Of a DNA stretch of 64,000 bases, positions 25,601 through 38,000 are shown piece by piece. The position numbers were made by a program, and so were the translations under genes. How positions within the stretch are numbered: the first letter of the stretch is position 1; each line of letters opens with the position of its first letter. The stretch spans positions 183,057 to 247,056 of the forward strand of contig NMRA01000381.1 in the NCBI GenBank assembly GCA_002633005.1, written 5' to 3'. The notes below the pieces were generated by a model that worked only from the letters and a program-made list of their open reading frames with translations, made no database searches and had not been told where the DNA came from. The DNA is from Phoronis australis (Eukaryota; Animalia; Phoronida).

Positions 25601-25874
25601 TGAACGGCATTCACTTCAAAAAGTGAAGATTACCATAAAAGCACCCAAAAGTTCACCACCCTTATAATTGTTTACAAAACAATTCCCAAAATGCTTTTTC
25701 ATAAGTGTTAAGCACTAGAAAATAACAGGGTTTTCTTCAAGCAATCTTGTAATAGTTATGGTAATTGTCAACCATTTTGCGCCTTTGTCTAAGATACAGC
25801 AGATAAGGCCTCCAATGAGATAAACCATACTTTGTCTTGATTAATTCGAGAATAAAATGAAACACTTAACCATA

Positions 25875-26060
25875 ACACCATTGAGGCACTTACTGCGACA
25901 TACTGCAGTAGTTATTGTCACCCTGACAATCTGTCACTTCACTACACCATTGAGACATTGACCAGAGACATACTACAATAGTTACTGTCACTCTGACAAT
26001 CTGTCACTTCACAACATCATTGAGACATTGACCCGAGACATACTGCAGTAATCACTGTCT
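25875..26060. repeat. ~69-bp tandem repeat (about 2.7 copies) in the giantin 3' UTR
   Basis: Unit ACACCATTGAGACATTGACC.GAGACATACTGCAGTAGTTACTGTCACTCTGACAATCTGTCACTTCAC. Confidence 0.85.
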
Positions 26061-26077
26061 TCCTGCCAGTCAGTTCA

Positions 26078-29000
26078 CTACCTCAGCCAACAAGTAAGGA
26101 CTAAAACATGGACCAGAAGGACATAAACAAGCAGACCAGTCCTCATACATGGCTGTCGCTCTAGCAACCGGGTCGCAGCCAATCTGCAATGATAAGATGC
26201 CATAAAATATAACAAAACTGTGAGCACATAAACCAGTGTTTCATGGATCGTTAACTGTGCATCATCATCTAGAAGAACAAGTGTCAGTTTTCTTGAAATC
26301 AATTGTTTATAAGCTAAGCATAGATCACCTCGGTTGACTCTAAAGCTAAATAAACCAAACCAAAAGCAAAAAGGCAAAATCGATGAAGGCAATGGTCGGA
26401 TAATTAATAAGCAGACAGCAAATGAACAAAGTAGCCACAACACTGTGCTGTCACTCTAAACCCCACAATGAGAAAAGCTGGTCTAGCTGAGAAACACTGC
26501 TGTGTTGTCACTCTGTGTCAGACACTGAGAAAAGACGATTTAGCTGAGACACACTGCTGTGTTGTCACTCTATGTCCGACACTGAGAAAAGATGATCTAG
26601 CTGAGACACACTGCTGTGTTGTCACTCTGTATCTGGCACTGAAAAAGGCCGGTCTAGCTGAGACACACTGCTGTGTTGTCACTCTGTGTCAGACACTGAG
26701 AAAAGATGATCTAGCTGAGACACACTGCTGTGTTGTCACTCTGTATCTGGCACTGAGAAAAGCCAGCCTGGCTAACACACACTAACGAGTTGTCACTGTG
26801 TTTAGCACTGGAAAAGGCAGGTCTAACTGGTCTAGCCGAGTCATGCCATTGCATTGGCACTTTGTGTCTGGCACTGAGAAAGAGTGATTTAACAAGGAGA
26901 CGTATATACATAATGAATATTTGTACCGGCTGCATTATTATTTCTTACTGGTCAGTAACAGCTTTTATATTATTTTATTCCATTCTCTTATATACACTCT
27001 TTATGACACAAAAATACAGGTCACATCCATAAGAAAATCAATCCAAGATCTTTCCCAACTACCTTTTTCTGCATATCCACCTTTGAACTGTCTGTAGACC
27101 GCCAGTCTGGTATTTCATAAGTGGAGTATCAGGACCAGCATTGTCCCATTCACTGTCATTCAGATCAACTGTGACCTAGAAGAGATCGGCATCTTGTTAT
27201 GATACACAGTCTCTTTTCAGAATCATGCAGCAATGTGTAATAACAAAGTTAGTCCAAAACTGCAGAACTACTTTCTGCTCTCAATCTATTCATATTTATG
27301 TGTGAAAAAGAGGAGTCTTTATTCAATTGCGCCACCTGGTGGATATAAAGTCTCCCATTGGTGTTTCAGTTTTTGATTGGAGTCAAAATGTAGAGAAACT
27401 GAGTTAGGGTCATCTGTACTGCCTGCTCAGATCCCCATTCTTCTTTCTGTCAGTATTGCGTTGGTCTGTTTCTAAATATAAGTCAACACACACAATCTTT
27501 ATGTACTTACCTCTAGAAAATGAAAGACTAAAGATGCAGACCTGCAGTCAGTGTATGCTGACCAGAAAAAGTTGAATTAAAAAGTGTCAAATAATGACAT
27601 AAGTGACGAGCTTAATTAGTTAAAGTGACTGTGTAAAGAGATGTACCTCTCTCCGTGTAACAGACAGTTGCTGCAACTCTAACTGTTCTGTGGCGTCAGA
27701 CAGAGACTTCTCCACTTGTGATCTCTTCTCCTTCTCATTGTACAAAGTCTGTTGAAGTTCAGCCAACTCATTTGATGTGACCTGTCGGGATCGCTCCACT
27801 TCCTCAAGCCTAATACACACATTATTTGCTTATTAATAAAAATGACAAAGAGTAAGCCTTGTAACAAGACAATGACCACTACATATGCTGGTTCCTAAAC
27901 CGAGACCGAGAGACATAGTTTCAACTCGCTGTCTTCATATAGACAAACCCAATGTTTTGCCACTTTAGTAGCCATTGGTTGGTAATCACCAACCCTCTGG
28001 TAGTTCAATTAGAAGGAGCTTTACTCGACTCATAGTTCTTTAGGGTTACCAAAACCCTTTATTTTGAAAACCAGAACACCATATTTTAATGTCCACTTGA
28101 AGTCCACAAGGTAAGATTCATCTAAAGTTTGCAAAGAAAAAAAGATATAATTCAGACTATAAATATTCAATCTGAGAAGTAACCAAAAGATAAAACCACT
28201 CAAATTTCCATGACCTGGACACCTGCAGATACACAATTCCAGTATCATGACTATTTTACATATGAGATATTAAATGTTCACTTACTTTTTAGTGAGAGAG
28301 GAGATTTCTTCAGCAAGTTGCACTTCCATCTTACTAGGTGTAGTATGGACTCCAGGAGAGCCTGAAGACCTCACATGTCTCTCTGTTTCCTAAAATGAAC
28401 AAAGTGTAAGTGTTGTTAATACTATAATAACTAACACAACTAATGTGAGACAGTGCACTCTTCAACACTACCAACAATATGCAACTGCAACACATTCAGA
28501 TAAGATAAAACAACTGTGAAATTGTTTGACTCGCCAATAAAGTCTTCTTATAAGCTCCACTTCAGACGTGATGTTGTGAAGACTAGAAATGCTGACATGA
28601 CTTATTTCAAAACTTGAATTATTTCTTCTAACAAGTGTAAATCAAGACAAAACAAAACAAGATTCCACTGAAATACATGCCCATTCCAATATAACACCTT
28701 AACTAGTAGTGAGACTGGCATAGCAAGGCCAAAAACTCCTATTTCATCAGACCAACATTAGTCTTGTTAACCAGTCACAGGAATGTTCAACAGCATAATA
28801 GACATTAAAAGAGTGTTGCTTACACATAAACAAAGTAAGCAAAATTTAATCTTATTTTGCAGCAACATATCTCCAATCAATGATAGGGTAAGCACCAGCC
28901 AATTTTAATAATAGCAATGTGTTCAAGAGCAAAGTCCATAGTTGCCAAATAACATTTAATTTATTACACAACCACTGCAAATTCTGTCCTCTGAAACACG

Positions 29001-32000
29001 GTAAGAAAACTTCCATTACCCCGTAATATTTAACCAAACTGAATATGGAATATAACTTTTCATTCATGGCGCCTAGGCACCAGATGTCACTATTTGTGAT
29101 CTGACATACCAGACACTGTAGAAACCAGAAACTCTGACCATGAAGCGAGTAGACATCAGTAAATCAAAGCAAGTAAGGTGAAGAAATCACAAGTGGTCAT
29201 GTAATGAAACAAATACAGAGCAATCAGATCATATAGACTATTGAAGAGCAACGTTGTACAATGCCCACTTTGTAGAAACTTACTTGATGAGGTGGAGATG
29301 ACTTTACTTGAGAGTTGTTCTGCAGAGCTGTAGCTTGATGGTGTAATGCAATGTATTGCTGTTGTAGTGTCTGTAGCTGATAGTCTCGTTCTTGTACCGT
29401 CTTTATGGCCATTCCAAGTTCAGCACTCAGACGATTCCTTTCCGACTCGGACAACTTAACCTGCAACGTGAACAGCTGTACAATTATCATTATCTCCCCT
29501 GATACCATAAACAGTCAGAGGCCATACTTCGTAGATGGCTGGAGGTACACCTCACAACAATATCACTCCAGTCATCAATTCCATCTTTTGATATGTTGTT
29601 TAAATACACGTTTTCATTTCTACATGACAGGCCACATGACAATTTAAACTGATTGGTTTAAAGATGTACTATCCAATGGTTGAATAGACAACACTATCCC
29701 TCAACACACCTTGCCTTGCATACTATTACACTCTTCCTCTTTCTCCCTCAGCTCATATCTGACAGTCTCCAGTTGTTCATAATAATCGTCTTTGTCCCCC
29801 TTCATCTCATAATACTTGGTAGGAATACCCTCCACCTTGTGCTCCAGCACGATGTTTTCTTCAAGAAGTTTGGCATTTTCTTTCCTCAACTCTACTGCCT
29901 CTTCTCTAAGTCCTATGGAAATATTAGTTAGAATTAGATAAAATGTCTTGTATCTCACTTCATTAAACAGCATGCAATTTGGGCTTACGGTAGAAACAAC
30001 TAACTCTTCATATACTGAATAATGTGCAGCGTCTTTCAGTAACTTAGAAGTTTGTTGTATAAAACTTATGTTAGAGAGCTAAAAATTTTAAGTTTCAGTA
30101 TATAGAGTACCTATTCCTTAATTAAGACTACAAAATAAATCTTTGATAATAAAATTCATTACCTGACAACTCTGCGAGCAGGTCTTCATTCTTCTCCCTT
30201 AAAGTCTCCATTTCAACCACAGTTGTGTGAGAGGTGTGTGACTGTGAACGTTGAACAATTTCATCATACTGCTCCTTGAGGGATGCGTGTTGACTTTGGA
30301 GTTTACTATACTGTCTAGCAGTAGCAGCTAATGTGCTGTAATTACTTAATTCTGTTTTTGCAGATGCTACTTCATTAGAAAGCCTTTTATTGTCAGTTAC
30401 CAGTGTTTCCACGTGGACAACTAATTGTTGTTTGTCATGTTCCAACTTGCTCAGCACTTCACGTAGCTTCTCATTGTCAGCATGCACAGAGTTGTAACTG
30501 TCGGTAGCACTCTGTAACCTTGCCATATGATGAGCATTTTCTGTTTGAAGTTTTGTGACAGACTCACTGCTTTGCTTTAACTGATCTTGCACAACTAACA
30601 ACAAGTTTGTTTTGGAAGTTAAGTCATCTTTCAATGAATTTAGTTCTCCACAAAGCTGTTCATTCTTTGCTGTAGAACTAGACAATTCAGAATTTAACTT
30701 CTCAAGATCATTGTCTAAGTTCACTGCTCTCTGAAGTTTTTCACTTGCAACATTTTTCTGATCTTCCAAAACCAAAATTTGTTGGCGTGCATCTTTAAGA
30801 TCAACAATTAAAGCATTCTTTTCAACTTCAGCACTAGATAGTCTAGCCTGACATTCAGAGATTTCCATGTTGAAATCTTTGCACTTTTCCTCCATCACTT
30901 TCTCCAAATCACTTGCAATAGTCAACTTGGTTTCAAGTTCAGCACTAGTGATCGAGACTCGTTCTTTCAAGTTCTCTTTCTCATTTCTCAACTTTGTTAT
31001 TTCACTAGCACTTTTATCAAGAATTGCCTGCAATTGCCCAATATTCACTTTTGCCATTTCAAACTCTTCTTTAGCTTTGTCTCTTGCAGAAGAGACCTCT
31101 AGAACTTCTTTGTCTAGCTTTTGCACTTCTTCTTCAAGTTTTTCTTTTTCACACCTTAAAGTGCTTAGTTCACTATCTAAACTTTCACTCCTCATATCTT
31201 GTTGTGCTCTAATAGTTTCTTGCTCTTCCAACTGGCACCGCAGATCATTTACCTGAGAAGACAAGTCTGTCTTCAACTGTTGTAGTTCATCTTCTGAAGA
31301 AGACAAACCCTGTTTGACTGTCACATAATCACTTTTTAGAGCATCATATTCTTGTTCCTTCAGTTGAAGCTTTCTCTCCACATCAGCTAAGCGTTCCCGC
31401 TCACTTTTCCGTGAACTCATGTCCTTATTTAAACATTCAAGTTCAGTAACAAGAGATTCATTCTGCAATCGTCTTTCACTCAGCTCCTTCTCAGCCTTTT
31501 CAAGCTTTGTGCCAAGCTCCCTAATATGTAGTTCTTTCTCTTCTGTAACTGCTCGAAAAGCTTCAATTTTAGATGAACAGGTCTTGAACTCATTTTCTCT
31601 TTCCACCAACGTGCGACTTTGTCTTTCAAACTCTAGACCAAGTGCTTGCATTTGGTCATTCCGGTTTTCAAGTTGGTCCTTCACTTCTTTGTTTTCTTCG
31701 GCTAAGCTGTGAACTTTACTGTCCAAATCTTTGCACTGTACTTCCACATTCCTGTTACGAGCCTCTAACATAGAGATACTTTTCTCAGCAGTTTTAAACT
31801 GCTGTTCCAAGCTTGCCTTCTCTTTAGCTGTGCTGTCCAGTTGTCTCTTAAAGTCCTCCAAATACCCTGTTACTTTATTTTTCTCATGGGACAAGTTCTC
31901 AAAGTTCAGTTTAAAATTCGCATACTCAGTTACTAACTCACTTTTTTCAGCGTTCAGTGTCTGAATTTGACTTTCATAATCCGAACAGAGAGATTGCATT

Positions 32001-35000
32001 TTCTTAAGATGATCCAAGTCATTTCTGAGCGTATGCAATTCATGGTGCTTTTCCTGTAAATCCTCTCTCAAGGTAGCATTTTCACGACTTAATTCCATAT
32101 TTACACAAACAGGATCAGTTTCCACTGGCTGGAGTTTACTTTCCTTCACTGTCTCAACTTTAAGCTCTTCCAAAGTTAATTTCAAATCATCTCTCTCAGT
32201 CTTAGTCACGTCAACTTCCTTTTCCAACACAAGAGCATGATCGCGTGACTGCTTGAGTTCTAGTTTCAGTTTTTTAATTAGCGTGACATATTTCTTCATG
32301 TTTTCTTCATCTTTCTTTTCCTTGGCTCCAGTCTTCTCCAGAACATCTTTTGTCTCTTGTCTAGACTCATCTAATTGCGCTTGCAATGCATCAATCTGTG
32401 AAGAAGACAACTGTAGCTGCTCTTCAACTTCTTGCAAATTTGTCATTAGTGACTTCAGTTTTTCCTCTTTCGTTATTTCGTCTTTTTTGCTCTCAGCCAA
32501 TTGTGCCTGCAATTGCTCTTCTTTCAGTGTGTGTTTTTCTAGATCAGCACATTTCATTTTTTCTTCAGCCAAATTTTCTTCAAGAGAAATAATCAATGCA
32601 TCTTTGTCAGAGCATTCTTTGGCCCGAGAACTTAATTCCAGATTATAGTTTTCTTCACAATAATTTAACTTGCTTTCCAGTTCAGAAATTACCAATTCCT
32701 TCTGCTGTAACAGATTCATTGACTCATTCAATTGTTCAACTAGTGAGTTCATTTTCAAGTTTGACTCCTCAGAACTTTGTTGAACCTCATTCGATTGCTT
32801 CCGAATAGACTCACGAGCAATGTCCAAATCTGACTGCGTCTTTTCTAGAGATGTTGTTATCGTGCATACTTCTTCATCCATTTTGTTTTTTATAGCAGAC
32901 ACTTCAGCTTCTTTAGCCTTTATTGCAGTTGCCATATCTTTACACTTGAGCAGAAGAGACTCAATCTTTGCATCTTTTTCTTGAATCCACTGATCTGACT
33001 CCTCACACTGTTTTCTTAGAGACAACAAATCAGACGACGTTGTTTCCAAAAGCTGGTCAAGCTTAAGAATATTAGCGTCTTGTTCCTTTTTCAGGGCTGT
33101 AATTTCTTCAATCTGTTTATCTTTCTGTTCAATATTTTCTTTGAACTGTTCTACTGCATGAGCTCTCTTTGTGGCTTCTTCACTTAAAAGTTTATTTTCT
33201 TCCTCCTTCTGCTGAACACTTTCAATAAGATTTGCCTTTTCGTTTTGCAGAACATCGACGTGGGTTTGAAGCTCTTGAATTTGTGTCATCTGCTGCATAT
33301 AATAAGCAACTTGTTCTTGAAGGTTGCTTATTGTTTCCTCATTCTGTGTTAAAATAGCAGACATCTCATCAGATGCTGACTGAGATCTCTCATACTTGGC
33401 ATTCTCCTGCTCCAAAGCATCAACCTTTTCAGACAAAGTTGACAATAATACAGCCTTTTGAGCCAATGCTTCACTCAAGTTTACCTTCTCTAAAGCAATT
33501 TGCATTAACTGGTTTCTAACATCATTCAGTTCACTATCAGAGTCCTGTAAGCTCCTCTCAAGTTCCTCGCACTGTTTCTCAAGAATACCAATCCTAGTGG
33601 TCTTCTGTGCCATTTCATCTACAAGACTCACATTTTCATTTTCCGATTGCTTACGCAATTCTGACACTTTGTTTTGATTCAGTACAAGTTCTTCCTTAAT
33701 TGCATCCATTTCAGAATTCTTATTCATCAAAGATTCTTCACTTTCACTAATCTGTTTTTGCAGCTGTTTAATAAAGTCCTCCCTGGAATGAGCAGTGGTC
33801 ACCTGTGATTCCAGATCTGTCACGCGGTCCTTCAGCATTTCAATGTCACTCACCTTCTTTGCTATTTCCTCACCCAGTTTGTCTTTGTTTTCATTCACCT
33901 TCAAAAGAGCTTCGTTTAGAGATTCTATTTCACTACACTTGGCTGATAACACTGTATTTAGTTCCACCGCATGATCTCCTGCCGAGTCTAATTTTACTTT
34001 CATCTCCTCAATTTCCTTTGAGTTCAAATCCAATTTTTCAGTAAACTGATTGATTTCTTCACACTTTTGACTGAGAAGTTCGTCATTACATTTCGCTAAC
34101 TTGTTTGCCTCTGCTAATTCAGACTGCAGATATGCAATCCTTTCTAAATGCACTGATAACCTCTCATGGCTGGTCTCATCTGTCAAGGCCTGTTGTTTCT
34201 GGACATCCTCTAACTGAGATGTTAATACTTCAACTTGTTTTTGAAATGATTCTGAAAGAAAGATTAATTTCTTAACTACGACACTATTCATAAAGCAGTT
34301 AATCAGTAAGGTTAAGCTCCCAGGTGCGTTAGCTTACTCAACCTTAGTAAATATCACTCAAGCTTGAGCAAAATTATTTAAACTTTTTGAGCCTATATTA
34401 TTCAACATTCCACACTAAACATGCATCAACGCCACCTGTTGGGATTAGGGCCACATGAGTTATGTAAACATTAGCCTTTTCTTCATCAACTTGAGCAACT
34501 CCAGAACAGTAAGTGCAAAACATACAACATCTCTAGTAGTCGCTGACCATATCAATCCACAAAGAATAGAAGAGGTAAGAAAAATGTGAGTAAATTCTCT
34601 GTCAAATCGCATTAAATGAAGTAATGTCAGCAAGCAAACAAGTTGTCAAAATATTGATGGCACAAAAACGTACTTGAAAACCACTCAGCCAAGTTATAAT
34701 GCACTGTACACGTTAAAGCTGGTAAAACTGACATTGAATGACTAAGGTGTGCATGTAATCAAAAATAACTACCACAAACCTCTTTCTTTTTCTACTGAAT
34801 CCAATTTGGACTTTAAACCAGTTAACTCCACTTCTTTCTGTAAATAAAAAGTTTCACGTAACGAACAATGTAGCCAAGTACACACAGTGCAACATGTCCC
34901 CAAAACTGCAAAAACAGACAGCCTAAACAGAGAGTGGGCAAACCAGCTGCAGGGGTCTTCTAGATTTTGTTGCCCTCAATCATACACAAGGTCTTCCATC

Positions 35001-38000
35001 CAAATACTTGGTATTTTTACAACTGGCTCAATCAGTGTTTTAAAACTCATCAAAGTCGTCCTCATACCAAGACAAGAAACTTTACATGAGTGTAGCAATC
35101 ATATTTGTGAATATGACATTAACAATTATATTTAGGATTCCCTTGCATAATAATCTCAAAGTTTGCATGAAGCAATAATCAGTAAGTAAGAATTCTTACT
35201 CTTCATACATTCCATGTTGGTTACATCATGTCACATCCAGTTAAATCTGACAGATACCTGCTCTGACCGCACTTTAAACCACCAGCTTTCTACTAACCAT
35301 GCAGATGCTCTAGTCCATTGAGCTATTGGGACCACTGGTCAATCACAGAAATCCAGACTTAATAGAAGACATCTGATAAATGCACTCCCACATATAGGTA
35401 AGATTTGGATTCCTGAAATCGAGCAGTGGTCTCAAGAGCTCAGTGGACTAAAGCGTCTGCATGGTAAGCACAAAGTCCCAGGTTTGAACACCGATCGGAT
35501 CAGAGACCTTTTCAGACTTAACTACATAGGGCATTTATGAAACTAATAATTCTTACATATACGGTGTCAATGCAATAATTTATAACAAAACAATCAGAAA
35601 GTCCTATAGAGGGGTTCAGCATGTTGAGAACCAGTTTTCTCCACTAAATAACTGGCATCAAACTGGTTCTCAAAATCCCGGACCCCAGTAAGTGACTACT
35701 GCACAACAATCTAAGATATACCTGGTTCAACTGCGCATTCAGCTGCTTGTCTTGCTCTATAACATTTGTCATAGTCAGATCCTTTTCTTCAAGAGATGAT
35801 TGTAGTAACTCCAAATCTTCTCTCAACTGCTCTGATAATACGTCCCTTTCTGTCACCATTGCTTCTCTACTCTTTTCTGAATCCTCAAACTTTTGTAATT
35901 CACTCTTCAAACACTCATTCTCATTCATTATCTCTTCATTTTTCTGACATAAATCTTGAATGTTTGCCTTACATTCCGTGAGTTCACTCCGTTGAGACAA
36001 CAACAGCTCTTCCTTTTCACTTGACTCCTGGTTATGTTTTTCAACCGCATCCATAAAATTTTGGGCCTGACTTTTCAAACCTTCAACCAGCTCATCTTTT
36101 TCACGTATTTGCAATTCCAATTGCTGGGCCCTATCCTCCCACAAGTTTTTTTCCTGAAGCTGAGATTTCAAGGAAAGGATCTCACTCAGTTTTTCATTCA
36201 ATTGTTTTTCAAATTCTGCCTTGTCCTTTGATGCACTGTCTTCTAAACATTGGTTTGTCCCCCGTAACTGCTGAACCATGTCCATCAGCTGCTGTACGTG
36301 GTCATCAGGTGCATCCTTTACCACATCTCCCCCCTCTCCTTGCGCCTTCAGTTGTAGTATCTCCTTCTCTAGTCTGTCCCGTTCAACCTTCCACTCCCCT
36401 TCCAGTTCCACAAACGTCTCCTGCATTGACCTCATCTGTTCATGGGCAACTTCATACTTCTCATTCAGTAGTGCCATAGCCTTTTCCCTGTCAGACACCA
36501 TTTTTTCCTTATCTAACAAGTCATTCTGAAGCAACGCAACAGCCTCAGTTTTACTAGTGAGCAGTTCACTCATTTCCTGGAATTTTCTTTCCATTATGTC
36601 TGCTGTTTCTTCTTCCATTCTCTTCTGGAGGACCCCCTGTTGCTGGGCAGCTACCATAGACTCGCTGTTGCTGGTTTGGTAAGCTTCCATCTGAGTCTGT
36701 AGTGAAGCTATCTTGGTGGCTTGAGACTCAAGTGCTTGTTCCTTATCCTCCAGGTTACTTTGCATCATCTGAAATAGCACATAATGCTGATGTAAAACAA
36801 TTGTTAGCAACAATCATACAACATTAAATTGTAATTCTCTGTTACTGATAAGACAGAGGTCAATTTTTTTTCTCTTTAAAGGTTTTGAAAAATAACTTTG
36901 GTTTTATTTTATTATGGATTAATGGAAATCGTCAATTTTAGTACTTTGGCTGTGTGTGATACTGATAAAAATGACAATGTTTTAGAAAGATTTAACAGGA
37001 AATTGTGCAAAGTGAAAAACTTCCCAAACTCAGACAAGTCTACCAATATGTTGAAAAAGGCAACACTATCTGCACAAATGATAGTGGAAAGGTAGTGTAA
37101 ATGTATAGATACTATCACTCACCTTCACTATTTGGTCCTTGTCTTTGGCGATCTCTTTGTGTTCTTCAATCTCATCTTTCAACTCTCGAATTTGTGCCTC
37201 CAAATTTGATGTTTTACTTTTTGGCTCAATCTGGTCATTTTGCTGAAGGAAAACGAAAGAGTTTTTTTGCAAAAATGCATCGATGACCACATATAAACTG
37301 AGAGGAGGTGTTTCTAAAAGTACTCCTTTTCATCCATCCATATTAAGGACACCAGAAAAATATGTAAACAAATGTCTTAATAATTTTCGAAAGCTGGTGA
37401 TCAGAAAAACTACATGTACACAAACGCAATGTAACAAAATGTCCCAAACAGTTAGACTGGGCTGGCATCTTAACTATGCTGTTACCGTGATAAAACATGG
37501 TCTCAAAGTGCATCAAGGACACCATAAACATGGTGGAAACACCAAACATCATGTGACGGTTGTGGTAAGGATACCATAAAGACACCATTGCAAACTTTTT
37601 GTAGCTTATTTGCCACATCTTTAAAGCACAGGAACTGCTTTCATGGAGTTGTTTTGACAACTGATTCTTGACTTTCGCAGCCCCACTGAATTTTCACTGC
37701 ATTCCAGGTGAAATTGCCAAATCTTGGCAATCATTCACAGCACGATGACTCGCATTTTCACCATGCTTACGTTGACCTTGACACACTTTGAGAGCAATGT
37801 CCACCACGACACACTTTGAGAGCAATGTCCACCACGACACACTTTGAGAGCAATGTCCACCACCGTATGAGCACAATAAGAATGCTACCAACGATCTGAC
37901 AGGATGTTAAGGAATGTGCACGAAAACCAAACATTTCAAATTACCATAATGTTATTAATATACAGTCTATTCATACTCATGATACTGATACTGAAATCAA

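Noticed and set aside
27505-27545. Pyrimidine tract-AG directly followed by GTAAGT (recursive site or micro-exon) in a giantin intron
   Set aside because: The flanking exons already join in frame, the intron is short, and the candidate exons would break the frame.
30867-34044. Several Ser/Phe-rich plus-strand ORFs
   Set aside because: Antisense shadows of the giantin coiled-coil exon.
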